Positions 11,751 to 24,754 of a DNA stretch of 64,000 nucleotides are shown here, in pieces. The stretch's first letter is position 1. Every line of letters begins with the position of its first letter. Source of the stretch: Azolla caroliniana (lineage: Eukaryota > Plantae > Polypodiophyta); contig JBHGNT010000003.1 in NCBI GenBank assembly GCA_043228905.1, forward strand, positions 7,502,001 through 7,566,000, read 5' to 3'. The notes under the pieces were generated by a model. It searched no databases and was not told where the DNA came from. It was given only the letters and a program-made list of their open reading frames with translations. Made by a program: the position numbers and the translations under genes.

Positions 11751-12484
11751 CCAAGAAATTTGACACTTCATCTAGCTAAACCCATTTTATCACAGTATTA
11801 ATTGTGTTGCTATCATGCAATTTGAATTACTTCATCCTCCAGGCCTAATCCATGTATAAATCGAGTAGTTTTGACATACAAAACCTGACTTTGCAAACTA
11901 AGAAAGGATACTTACTTAATCCATGAGACCCTGCTTTTTCTTCATCGAGGAAAAAGTGCTGACTTTGCATTGCAAACTAAGAAAGGAAACCTGCTTAATC
12001 CATGAGTGCCTATCATGAAGATGCTTATGATCCTCCTTTTTATGAATACCAAGGGAATTCCATCTGACTTGAGCTTTTACTTCTACTTATCATCAATCTT
12101 AAAGGCTATGATTTTTACCTTGGTAAGTTGGTAGGCAATTAGTCTGTTGTTGGTTATGAAATCAATACTGCTGTTTTTGGCTGCATTGATGATTAAATGC
12201 ATATGGACAACATAAGCTCTACTTTCAAGGGTAATAATCAGATATCAAGCACATTTTTATATTGAATTTTGTTTACAACAAAGAGAAGGGAAACAATTCC
12301 TTTGCTCTATCTACATAAGATTTTGCATTTCCCCCATTCGCTGCATACCCTCTGCCCTTAAAGAGCTTCATTGGCAGATAACAACAGTCAGGAAAGAGGG
12401 AGATAACTCAATTATTACTGGATTGAACCTTCGCATACAGAAATTGCTGAATATGCGAAGCACTCTAAATATCACCTTTGAGCA

Positions 12485-14169
12485 TTACAAGGAGAACTTC
12501 AGATCTCCAGGAGGTGCTTCTTCTTCTACTACTACTTCAAGACAACAAGGATAATCCCATTTAATGGGAAATCCATCATCAGGTGACTATGCCTGAACCA
12601 AAGCTGCATGCAAAAATTAGAAAGATAGAGAGATCAGATCATATTAGATCAATGACAGAAATCTGATTAAATTTATCAAAACGTTTAAAAGAAAGAAAAA
12701 TATGAACTTAGAAACACAGAATCCTAAGAACAATAATCTTGATCAAAATTGTAAAAGAATGTCAGGCACCTGATGAAGCTACATCAACATGCCTAAAATA
12801 AATAACTGATAATAAATTAGAATGGCAGGCATCTGCAAGAAATGAAGTTTTATCAAAACATCTCTGGACAGAAGACGGATTAGAACAACAAAAAAATACT
12901 ATGATAGCCTCATCAAAGACTTTTAAATGGAAGGAAGATAGGATAAATGACAGGAATTATGAAAGTTGCATCAAACATATGTGAAGCATATCAGACGAAT
13001 CACAGGAAGCTAGAATGGCTAGAAGCTTTTATGATCGAAGTGTGTCTAAGAAACGCGTATTGATCATCAGAGAAATGACAAAAATTTGTCTTGTGTTCAT
13101 CAAAACTTTATCAAAGACTTTGAAGGCAAAGGAAAATCAGATAAATGACAGGAATTATGAAAGCTGCATTAAACTTCTGCAAAGAAGCACAAGCGAATTA
13201 CAAGGAAATTACAATGGACAGATGCTTTTATGATCAAAGCGTGTAAAAGGAGGCGTAATAATCATCAGAGAGGTGAGAAACTGTTATAATTTCATCCAAA
13301 CACTCGTAAGAATAGCATATCGAAATTCTAGCAATGCTAACTCTGCCTTGATCAACACGTGTAAAACTACAGAAACCACAGCTTGAGAAAGAAAGGAATA
13401 TCAATATGTTACATAAAACTACAGAAAGAGGAGAAAAGACCTGAAAGAAATGCAGATCAGATCAGCAGATTAAGGCGGAAAACACGGAAGAAGGTTCTTC
13501 GGAGTAAAGGTGTTTTATCAAACAAAGTTTTTTGCAGTTCAACCCATAGTTTTCAGCGATCTGCTACTTCTCTTTTAGATTGTAATGCAAAAAGAAAAGA
13601 TAGATTTTTCCACGCCACGTCTTCAGATTAAGGCTGATCGACCACATCGTGTGAACAAACTCGATATTTTTGGAAATGAATTCGTAGTTCTAACATGGTC
13701 TTCATTCATAGCAAAAAACTCTGATGCATACTGTAATGAGATACTGGTCAGACACAGATACTGTTTCCTACGGGGTATTAGCATACCTGCTAATGTAATT
13801 CGTTACTTAGTAGTTTGAAAGAGATTTATGTTAACCTCTTTTTCTTCTCTATTGCAATACATTAGAATAAAGGTTAATTTCTTTCTGCGGGGGAAATTTG
13901 TCACAGCGTTTTGGGACAAGGCAAACTACACTTCAACAGTCTTAAATATGTTTTTCATCTGTACCAAAAATCCATGAAGAGAAAGACACAGAGAAGCTTA
14001 CTAGACATGACTACGATGTTCCAAAGATTTATCTTCTCCTAAACAAACCTGTAAGCTCGCATGGAGACCCGGTGTTGCAGGAGATGCTGGAAGAAGAAAT
14101 TGACAGAGTGAAGGCCAACAACGAAAGCAGTAAAAGCGAGCAACATGAGAGCAATAACCATCGCGTCGT
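12485..14169 (-). other. Putative two-exon small secreted-peptide gene or pseudogene (or lncRNA)
   Basis: Exon-like segment 14169-14049 encodes a hydrophobic signal-like stretch. Donor ACAG|GTTTG at 14048; acceptor TTTTTGCATGCAG| at 12604; telo-box motifs upstream (about 14257, 14363). The best frame starts at ACG and has an in-frame TAG. Confidence 0.3.
12900..13310. repeat. Diverged roughly 200-bp tandem duplication within a degenerate minisatellite-like tract
   Basis: tcaaagactt...gataaatgacaggaattatgaaag...gcttttatgatc...atcatcagaga occurs twice. Confidence 0.65.
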
Positions 14170-14499
14170 TTTCTCTTCTCTCCGAATCTGAATGTGAATC
14201 TGGATCTGATCTGATGCTTCCTTCCGCTTCCAGGTCTGTTTCGGAGATTCTTATGAAACCCTAGAAATCTTCTGGGAAGGAAGCAGCAGCCAAGAAAGAA
14301 AAGATTGGAAGCCCGAGAGGTAAGGGAGGGATGTGATTAAATGAAGCAGACCAAGAAAAGAAAAACCCTAATCTGAGTAAGGAAGCCAAGAAAACTGAAA
14401 CCCTGATTTCCATGAGGAGGAGGAGGAGGACTGGTTGACTTGTTTTGTCATCGTTTGCTATATGTCTCTAGAAGTTTCGTGGCTCAGATGAAACAGATT

Positions 14500-14578
14500 C
14501 TGTTATTCTTTATTTACTTCTTTATTTGTTTGTTTGTTTATTTTTTTATTTTATTGCTTTTTTATTTGCTTATTTGCT

Positions 14579-14614
<36 letters not shown>

Positions 14615-14690
14615 TATTTATTTATTCATTTCTTTCTTTCTCTTCTTTTGTTTGTTTTTTCATTTATTTATTTTGTTTATTTATTCATTT

Positions 14691-14722
<32 letters not shown>

Positions 14723-15745
14723 TATTTTTATTCATTTCTTTCTTTCTTTCTTTCTTTCTTTCTCTTCTTTTGTTTGTTTTTTCATTTATTTATTTTGTTT
14801 ATTTATTCATTTTCTTTCTTTCTTTCTTTCTTTCTTTCTTTTGTTTGTTTGTTTTTTCATTTATTTATTTTGTTTATTTATTCATTTTCTTTCTTTCTTT
14901 CTTTCTTTTGTTTGTTTGTTTTTTCATTTATTTATTTTGTTTATTTATTCATTTTCTTTCTTTCTTTCTTTCTTTTGTTTATTTTTTCATTTATTTATTT
15001 TGTTTATTTATTCATTTTCTTTATTTGTTTGTTTGTTTTTCATTTATTTATTTATGTATTCAACTTTTTGCTTTTTTTTATTTATTTATTTTTTGCTTAT
15101 TTATTTATTTATTTTATTGATTTATTTAGTTATTTGTTTATTTTTTTATTTCATTTGTTTGTTTTTTTCTTTTCTCTTTTTTCTTTTTTCTTTTTTTTAT
15201 TTCATTTGTTTGTTTTTTTTTTTATTGATTTATTTACTTATTTTTTATTTTATTTACTTATTTTTTTATTTCATTTGTTTGTTTTTTTCTTTTCTCTTTT
15301 TTCTTTTTTCTTTTTTTTATTTCATTTGTTTGTTTTTTTTTTTATTGATTTATTTACTTATTTTTTATTTTATTTACTTATTTTTTTATTTCTTTTGTTT
15401 GTTTTTTCATTTATTTATTTTGTTTATTTATTCATTTCGTTTATTTTTTTATTTTATTGATTTATTTTGTTATTTTTTTATTTTGTTTACTTATTTGTTT
15501 ATTTCTTTTGTTTGTTTTTTCATTTATTTATTTATTTTATTTATTCATTTTGTTTGTTTTTTCCTTTATTTATTTATGTATTCAACTTTTTGCTCTTTTT
15601 TTGTTTGCTTATTATTTTATTTATTTTATTTATTTTATTTATTTTATTTATTTATTTAGTTTTTTTTTTGTTCTTTTATTTTTTATTTTTTATTTTTTAT
15701 TTTTTATTTTTATTTATTTATTTATTGTGTTTGTTTGTTTTGTTG
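14500..15745. repeat. T-rich hierarchical low-complexity tract (TTTC/TTTA/TTTG units, a 50-60-bp higher-order unit and a 120-bp tandem duplication)
   Basis: The + strand is mostly T; 15141-15260 is repeated at 15261-15380. The Phe/Leu/Ile ORFs here are compositional artefacts. Confidence 0.95.
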
Positions 15746-17119
15746 GTTGGTCGGTCAATTGTTTATTCTTGGACCCTATGATAAATGAAGCCCATTCATT
15801 TTGCTTCGATTCTTCGAGTGGGGTCACTCAATCGGTCCTTTTGTCGGGTCAACTGGACAATGCTCTTGTTTCTTCAAGTCTAGCCACCCAACATTGGGGG
15901 TGGCACTGTTTGTGATGTGGCGTGTACCGTTCAGGAAAATGCTTGGAATTGAGTTCACAACAAGTCAAGGTTATGGTTAAAGAAATAGCAATAGCAAGGA
16001 GGAGGAGTTGACTCTAGATATAAATCAAACTAACAAAAAGATATAGTTCCATTCATGAGAGCTAACTCTTGGGATGATAAGGTATAAGGGTTTTGAATCT
16101 TGTATTGGACGATGAAAGGGAAATGACGATTTACTATGTGCATTGTGCACCATATAGGAATGAGGAACACAATAAAAATGAGAGTAAAATGTTAGGCACA
16201 AATGGCGACTTGTGTAGCAAGTTACTATTTTTTTTGTCAAGGCCCTCCAGAAAACCCATAAGGAATATAAGAAGAGCTCATTGCCCAGGGTTGACATTTT
16301 GAGAGAGATGCTCAGGCTTCTGTTAGTGAATGAATTGTTTGCATGATAGTGTAGCGAATGAAGTGGGAGTGTCAGAGACCTATGACGATGAGAGGTAACG
16401 TGGTTGTCAATTGTGGGCTGCCTACACCAAAACTCAAGGATTCCATTTCATCTTATTCATCTATTTCCTACTCGAACCACCCATGTGGTTGAGGATTTTA
16501 TTCTTGATTGTACCACAATATATTTGTTTAGAGTTTACCTTATGAATTTGTAAATTTTATTATTGTAAATTATATCTAATTCAAAGGATCTTTATGTAAT
16601 TATACAAAATTGTAGTTGATTTGGTGATGGTTTTGTGTGTATTCATACCCCAAGTTTCTCTACTACACTTGGATTTTTTCCACAAATCCTGCTTCTTTCC
16701 TTCATAAGACAAATCTTTCAACCTCACATTAGTCCCTTTGGATAAGCTACAAAATCTAAGATTTCCAATGTGAGTGATGATTGATAAAATGGCACAAGAA
16801 AGATGTCAAAGCTCATCATGTTTTGGACGTTATATTTCATGTATTGCACCAACTTCAAAATCATGTTATTCTAGGAATAAGAAATTTGTACTTTCTAGAC
16901 CCTATTCCTATGTTCACTATCCACATGTATAGGCCCTAGGGGCTATGATATTTTCCTTGAACAAGTTTGTGAATAAACTTTGACTATCGTTTGATGAATA
17001 AACACATGATCACAAATAATATAGGACATGCAATAATTAAAATTCGTAGAGTTGTAGGATAGATTAATAGAAACATCACATGTAAATGGTAATAAGGGTT
17101 ATTAAGACATGGCCAAAAA

Positions 17120-17468
17120 TATCTATCAATTACTTAAAATAAGATTTCAATCTGTAGTAAGGTCATTCATGGGCCACTTAATAAGCGGGATATGAGCTAG
17201 AAAAGGACTTTCCTTTATGAGGGTTGACCATTGATGTAACCTTTCCCTCCTCTTCCTATATAAACCTTATTGTAGCATTATCTCAAGGGCAATGTTATTA
17301 AGAAATGTTCAAGTTAGATTTATAAAGGAAGAGAATGGGAAGGTTACATCAACATCAATTATCAACCCTTATAAAGCAAACTCCTCTTCTCGCTCACATC
17401 CCTCTTATGAAGTGACCCACAGGTGACTTTAACACAAACGAACCCCTTACTTTAAGTGGTTGATAAGT
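17120..17468. mobile_element. Degenerate fold-back / MITE-like long inverted repeat
   Basis: Left arm aaggtcattcatgggccactt...ttgatgtaacctttccc...ttcctatataaa is the imperfect reverse complement of the right arm tttataaaggaa...gggaaggttacatcaa...aagtgacccacaggtgacttt. Arms are about 150 bp. Confidence 0.7.
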
Positions 17469-20400
17469 AGAGGCAACCCTCAACAAAAGCTTAACCTTTG
17501 GGTAATGCTAACCATTTCTTCTCTCCCTCTTGTATCTTCTTTTCCATTAACTAAAACTTTACATATTTATATTCATTTATGTTGTTTTCTAAACTTAAAT
17601 TATATGTTAGTTAAGTACTAGTCATTATTATTTCCTTATTATGGGTGTTATTTGTCGTTGTGTGAGCGTTAGGAAGTGCCTCGACATTGAGACAATTTAC
17701 ATGCTCTTCACACCATTTCAATTTTGGGTTATCATTATTTCTAGAACTGATTTTTATCATGGTACCCTAATGGATCGTTTCTTGTTTCTTTATATTAGTT
17801 TCATGGTACATTATGGGTTGTGGATTGCTTCTTGGTTATTAGATGTTAGTTGTTTCTTGGATTAGGCCTGTGTTTGTCTCACATGGGGGTGAATCTATGT
17901 GGATCGAAGCACTAAGGGTTAATTCATAGCTCATGTGATATGTGCTACTTATTTTTGAATGCTTAGACATTCTAGTTTCTATGCATTAAGCACAATACCA
18001 CTGCTTCCAATGTATTATATCACTTGTTATTTCAACTCTTAGAAATGATAACTACATAAAAAATTTCCATTGTCGAGACTTCAACGTGGGTTGCTTGGGT
18101 TAAATACCCAACTAGACCACAATGCAATCAATTAAAATGCAAATTGCTTTCATTCAATTATTGTGAAACATAGAAACGTATACTTGAAAAATGTATTTCA
18201 ATTAATCGTGAACTCTTGGGTGAAAGTCTGCCAAATAGCTTTGTTGGTCTTTTTATATGTAGAGACGTGCAATTTTGAATACAATGGGATGGGGAATACT
18301 TCTATCCTTGGGTTTCATTGCCATCATATACCTCAAGCCATTTCACTAACCCTACATGGTTCTATATGCACGTGTTGGTTCAATCAATGGGCTACATCCT
18401 TGGTGTTGTCTGATGGTTTACTAGGTTAGTTTCCGGCAATTATTCAATAAATCAATCAATTGATCTATCTATCTATCTATCTATCTCTGGTGGAAACACA
18501 TAACTACATTAATAAATGTGTGCGAAAAACACTAGAATGGTACCACAACCTATAGGTGTTATTGTTATACGACTAGTGGAATATTTTGAATCGCTAATGA
18601 GCAAGATGAATTCTCCAATACGAAAAGAATTTTGACGCAATCCAACTTTCATAATATATGCTTTAATTATGTGTTTGCCATCAAATAAAAAAACATAGCG
18701 TATATCCTAATTGTGATGTACTCCCCAATATCTCAAAAAGAGGAAAATATCATCCATTTATAATCTCAAGTCGTAATTTGTACAAACACCCAATGTCTTG
18801 GTGTTAAATAATGTTATATACATAACCTTATAAACCAATTCTATTACTAATTTTAATGTGTTAAGGGTAGGATAGTTGGGAAACCAATTATCCTAAGAAT
18901 TGGGACAAACCCATGAGGATGTTATGTACACATAATGTAGGCGAGGGTAGGTCACTAATATTTAGAAAACATAAGTGAAGGGTATGTGTTCACTAATGTC
19001 CGAAATGGACTAATGTGATTGGATAGAGGAAATGATAAGTGCATGCACTACCACAATCTTGACAACCAATGAATGGAGAGAGTCTTTTAGAAAAGCAAAT
19101 ATATTAAAGAGGCCTAGGAAGTCTTATAAATCTAAGTCTTAGCTACCCTCATAAGGCACATTATGTCAAAAGGCTGAAGTTGTGAGACACGGGTGCAGGC
19201 TAGACTTTCATTACAATGATTGTGTTACCTCTTCCAAGATACTAGTCATCCTAATATCTATCAGTATAGAACATCAATGGTAAGCTAGCTATGTTTTGAT
19301 AATACCTCGAGGGTGGTTGGGAGGATTGGGTCCTGTCTAATCTATTCACTTTCCCTTTACTTTAATTTGGTCTATTGATTAGTAAGGGATTCTTAACAAA
19401 GAACTTGTGACATATGTTGGCCATATGGGACCCTCTTAAGCATTGGGCTATATAAAGGGGGACTAGTTACCCCATTCATCAAAATACAACTCTATTGGTG
19501 AGGCTAAGATCTCTTCTTTGGATCCATTATTCAACCATCAAGACATAACATTGTAGCGATGTGGCGGGCTTGAAGGAAAAAAGTGGATAAAAAGGGGATC
19601 CACTCACAATCGCAAGATATATATACAAAAGGTATATGTAATAAGTATTTGACTAAGTGCTTGAGGTGCATTGTTCAAATTTTTGCAAGCACATATTAGG
19701 GAAAGATTTTTATTTTTTTGCATTTTTAAAGCAAAACAGGAATAAAAGCATTAAATGCCAAAATTAGGCGCCTCTTAATCTATAAAAAGAAGAAAAGAGG
19801 GCTTATTTCAGGTAGCTCATTTTGTGTTTTTGAGAGTGCACCATTTAGGTTTGTGAGATTCTTCTTAATCTTCTTCTTCTTGGGATTCTAAGGTTTCTTC
19901 TTCTTCTTTGGATTTTAGGGTTTCCTTTTTCTTCTCAAAATACATTGAGGGTTAGGGTTTATATTTTCCTCATCTTCATGAGAGTTTTGGAGAGTAATTT
20001 TGGGTTCGTATCACTTAGAGAGGTAGTGTGAAAGAGCAAAGGAGAAGTTAGAAGTTAGCTCGTTGGGCAAGAAAGGAGGCACAAGGTGGCTCAAGGACAC
20101 TACCTTGACAACGAAGGCCACGTAAATGTTGATGGTAGACGAGGCCTCGTCGAATATCATGTAACATGAATCCTTGCAACTAACCTACCATCCCTACTTC
20201 TCTTATAATTGTTCCGTGTTTCACTTCTCATTATCACTGTTGAACTTTATCACTACGTACCTTTTGTAAACCCTACTTTATAAAGGGATTTCTTGTATAA
20301 ATTACCATCTAAATCTTAATATGAGATCATTTGGTCTTAATATCATGTATTAAGCCTAATCTTGTGTGCTAATCCCTGCCCCCCCCCCCCCCCCCCCCCA

Positions 20401-21346
20401 AAATAAAATATATATTATTCTCTCTCTCTCTCTCTCTCTCTCAATTCGTCAATGTACAAATCAATTATTTTTCTCACCTCCAACAAAATTTAGTCCCAAT
20501 CTTCTAAACTTTGCATCATTAATGCCAGCAAATGTGTTTCCACCTCTTGTTAATTGACACTAACTCTTTTGACCTACCATAATTAAAAATGTTGCTGTTG
20601 TGTTAGATGCCATCATAAGTATTCATATATGATGGCAAATAATGATGTAGACAGCACAAGCGTAATAAACATTTATGTAGACAACGCAAGAATGAGACAA
20701 TGTTTGCCATGTAAAAGTTGAAATAATATAAGGTCAAGAATTCTGAGGTTAATATATACAAATTTGCTCAATCATATCATTCTCTTGATTTGTTGGAATA
20801 TCAAATGTAATCTTTGCGAACATCTCAAAATAATAACCAATTAGGTTAAGCCATAGATATTGTTGCCTTATTACTAACTTATCTATGGATTAAACATGCA
20901 ATCAAAATGGCATATGGATAGGATAAGCTTTTCCAAGTTAATGTAGCATAGATTTTATTTACAAGAGCTATTCCAAATGTGAACATTTAGAATCATTAGA
21001 ATATAGACAAACTGAATGATTACTCAAAAAAACCCAGTTTCACGCTTCCTATATTTGAAAATAACATATTTTTTTTGTTTATAAAATCATTTCCATATAT
21101 TTGGATGGAGAATTTAATACACTCTAAGATATAGAATATAACTGTAATTTTCAAAAATTACTTTTCACAGCATTCAAATCTATAATGGGACTTGGTCTTA
21201 TCGATACAGAAAGTGGGGCAAATCTTACATACATCCCTTCCATTTTCATTTAAGCCCATCCAAGCTATGAACATATATTTCAAGATTTTATGACGAGATA
21301 ATTGAGGGTGAAAACAAGACAAACCTATACAATATCACCTTCATTT

Positions 21347-24300
21347 TTACTCAAGCTCAATAGGATCAGAATGCCATCCCTTAGCTCTTTCAAACCCATT
21401 TTTCCCTTTTTGGTAATCTTGTAAAGCTTGAATTATTTCTTCCTTAGTGTTCATGACAAATGGACCATACTGAACCACTGGCTCTTCCAAAGGTTGTCCA
21501 CCGATCAGAACAAACCGACACAAGCCCTTAGAGTTATTCCATACACTGACTCCATCACCCATGCCTAATTGAATTGTGTGATGAGCCCCAATAGGAGCAG
21601 CCTCTAGGGATCCGAATGTAGATTCACCTTCTAAAACATATGCGAAAGCATTCCATCCTTCAGGAATAGCTTGATGCAAAATGGCTCCAGATTCAAGTTT
21701 GAAGTCCAAATACATTGTCGGCGTTCTTGTATAAACTGGTGATTTGATACCCAATGACTCTCCAGCAATCACTGAAACACTTACACCATCTTTGCTTGCT
21801 TTTGGAACATCTTTCCCTTCTAGTTCTTGGTAATTTGGCTCAATCCTAAACATAATGTGGAGAAAAGATTAATAAAAAAAAGTTGTAAAACTTCTCTCTG
21901 CAAAGACACTTTCTTGTTCAACAATACTAATAATTATCTTTCTTTGTTGGGAAGAAATAAAAATAAGCGGGGGAAGATGTTTTTTATTACAAGGAAATGA
22001 GAAAGAAAAAACCTACATCTTATCTTTAGAAGAAAGGTTCACCCAAAGTTGTAGACCATGCTGCCGCCCTGTTTTCGCAGGCATCTCACAATGCACTATT
22101 CCTCGACCAGCAGTCATCCACTGGAAAACAAAAGAGACGTTGTTCTAAGTCATGATTAATCAGCTTCAACTCTTCCTCCACCTATTCTTCATATCATAAG
22201 TTCAAATATATAACTTGATCCAGAGTAGATCCTCTGGCTTCTAGGAGAGTAAGGTCTACTTAGTCCACATGCATGATGATTTGATCTAAACTTGATCACC
22301 ATAGCCATAGCCAAAGAATGTTTTCCCATCCTTCCATACAAAATATAGCCCAGATACATACAAATGTATTCGAAGCTAATTCGAGGGCTCTTATTGAACC
22401 ATAGCTTCCCATGTTCACATACCATGGTGGACATTTAGATTATCCTTATTTCCATATATCATGGTGCACGATCATTTAACTTATCATAACTTTGCATGTT
22501 CACAAACCATAGTAGACAACCCTTTAGGTTAACCATAGATTCCCATGTTTACACACCATGATGGACAATCTTTGAGCTAATTAAATATTTTCATGTTCAT
22601 ACACCATGGTGGATAACCCTTTCGCTAAATCATAGCTTTCCATGTCCACATACAATGGTGAACCATCTTATAACTCATTATCAAAGAGGCTAATTCCCAG
22701 TCTTGAGAGAGGGAGAGGGAGAGAGTACCTGAAGGTCTCCAGCCTTGATTGTACCTTTATGACCAGCAAAGTCTTGGTGTGTAAATGAACCCTGTGAAAG
22801 AAGGTATAATTGAGAACACAATTAGTAAATTTAAATAAACACTGATTATTGAAGGAATTAGCCATCCAAAACTGAAGCTTTATGTTGAGAAAACGTTTGA
22901 GGACCTCAAGCATGTATGTCACTGTCTCAAACCCTGTAAAATAAGAAGTAACACAATAATTTCAAGAGAAAAGAAAAGCAAGAAAAACCAATGTAAAAAA
23001 TATCAAACTTTTGTGGTTGACATATAATAGATGTTTGTGTGATTTTTAATACCTCTGTGAGGATGGTCTGGAAACCCTGCTGGAGCAGATACTGCAAAAA
23101 GGAAATGAATCATTTTGTGAGGGCATATGAAATCCTAGCCATAAGTTGAAGAAGCCTAACAGGTGTTCCTCCTACTTATTTGAATATCTTAGCTACTACA
23201 TACACAAGTCTTCTCTCAACCCCCCTAAGTCAAGACAACTCGGCATAGCAAACATACAACTATTCAATGATCAATGCTGGTGTGTACCATCTATCAATGG
23301 AAAAAAAAAGGTTTTTTCAATAGAGAACAAACATTGGGGATCACGGAAAATGTATGTGGGGGTATAGAAGTGTATTAACCATAGTTGTTAAAATAAGCGT
23401 ATTTCTATGTTTACAATACATTTTAGAATTCTCTGAAGTATTCTACGCGTATTCTGCATTTAGAAAACATTTTAGAATATTCTTAGAATTGCCATTTTTC
23501 AAATTTTCACGTATTGTAGGGATTTAAGATTTCGAGAAAGTTTAAAATTTTTAAAATAAATTTTTTTGAAAAGAAAAAATTTAAAATTTAAGAAGTATTT
23601 AACATGTTTTAAACGTATTCTAAGTATTTAATGTATTTTGCAGATAAAATACGTATTCTAAGTATTTTAAACAAAAGTTAGAATACTTAGCATACGTATT
23701 GTAAGCTAAGTATTCTACAACAATGGTATTAACATCTCTAAAGAGGCCAATGTGGCCTATGAGACCAAAATGACATATATCTTATAGTTAATCGGCAGGT
23801 TGATCTTTTGGAAAGAGAGTGAATGAATCCTCTACAAATCATCATATCCTAGCAGCCATAAATAGAGAAACAAAAACGAAAATTCTCTGACTTTTACCTA
23901 TTGTTGGAAATTCCCTAGATAAATAAATGCCTTCTAAAGTCATCTGGGGAAAATATATTGATGTTTTCTTAGAGTGCTCCTTCAATATATAGTTGACCAT
24001 TCTTTTTTCTGGCTATAGTATTGCGCTAAAAAATGATAAGTAGAGATTTATGTGAGTACCTGAAAACTCATCAAGGAGGAGGAAAGGGTCCAATTGCTTC
24101 AACTCAGGCCTGCCAAGATGAAGAAAAACTCCAGTGATGAACATAAACATCAGAAATTTTTAAAAAAAAACTAGGGTAAGGAAATCTTCGACCTGGAAAA
24201 TTATATTTTGGAAGAAGAATTTAGGATTAGGGCCATTTTTTTAACTTGACCTAGAGAAATTTTAGGTTTGGAAAGAAAATTTTAACTTGACCTTTTAATC

Positions 24301-24554
24301 TTTTACCTGCCAATACTTCGTCGAACAAGGGCGCCATCGCCCTCGGGCTGCTCCTTGGACAGAAGTTTCTTCACGACAAAACGAGGGGAGGGAAAGGGAG
24401 AAGACGAGGAGTAAGAAGAGGCCATGGTGGTGTTGTAACTACTACGTGGATTGTGTCGGTTGAAGAAGAAATTGATCGATGAAGAAGGGGAGAGTGCAGA
24501 GGTGAGGATACGGCGGAAGTGAGGAGTTGTTGGGGAGAGGAACACAGCAACCAT
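21347..24554 (-). CDS. PRN: Pirin (iron-binding bicupin protein), 7 exons, 343 aa, with a Ser/Arg-rich N-terminal extension
   Basis: Exons 24554-24307, 24109-24060, 23091-23053, 22933-22905, 22791-22729, 22120-22017, 21845-21347; all introns GT-AG; total 1032 nt in frame. Motifs [71 protein letters not shown]. The His/His/His/Glu metal ligands are intact. Confidence 0.96.
22395..22665. repeat. Degenerate minisatellite in pirin intron 5
   Basis: Recurrent aaccatagcttcccatgttcacataccatggtggaca-like units (about 5). Confidence 0.7.
23380..23725. mobile_element. Non-autonomous hAT-type MITE in pirin intron 2
   Basis: 8-bp TSD gtattaac (23372-23379 and 23726-23733); imperfect TIRs catagttgttaaaata / tattctacaacaatg; repeated internal gtattct motifs. 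Confidence 0.85.
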
Positions 24555-24754
24555 GAATCAGAAGAATCAGAAAAAGAAGGAGAATCAGAAGAAAAATCAG
24601 AAAAAGAAGAAGAAGAAGACAAGATTAACAGAGATAGACAGGCGGAATTAGGACAGGAAATATATATGTAAGTAAGAAGAAGTGGAGATGAAGGGTCAAA
24701 GCTTCATGGGCAATCCATGGCGTCATGGGCAGCGCCAGCATGACGCCTGCACAC

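Noticed and set aside
12587-14169. ACG start plus TAG codon read as organellar-style RNA editing sites
   Set aside because: The context is nuclear with a spliceosomal-type intron; such editing is organellar, so ordinary mutation or chance is more likely.
14255-14406. AAACCCTA motifs as a telomerase RNA template or telomeric array
   Set aside because: They are isolated single units consistent with telo-boxes; no snRNA-type promoter or tandem array was seen.
14440-15915. Long Phe/Leu/Ile-rich ORFs (up to 377 aa) resembling membrane proteins; same at 36140-37615
   Set aside because: Open in all three frames only because the T-rich repeat lacks stop codons; no coding signal.
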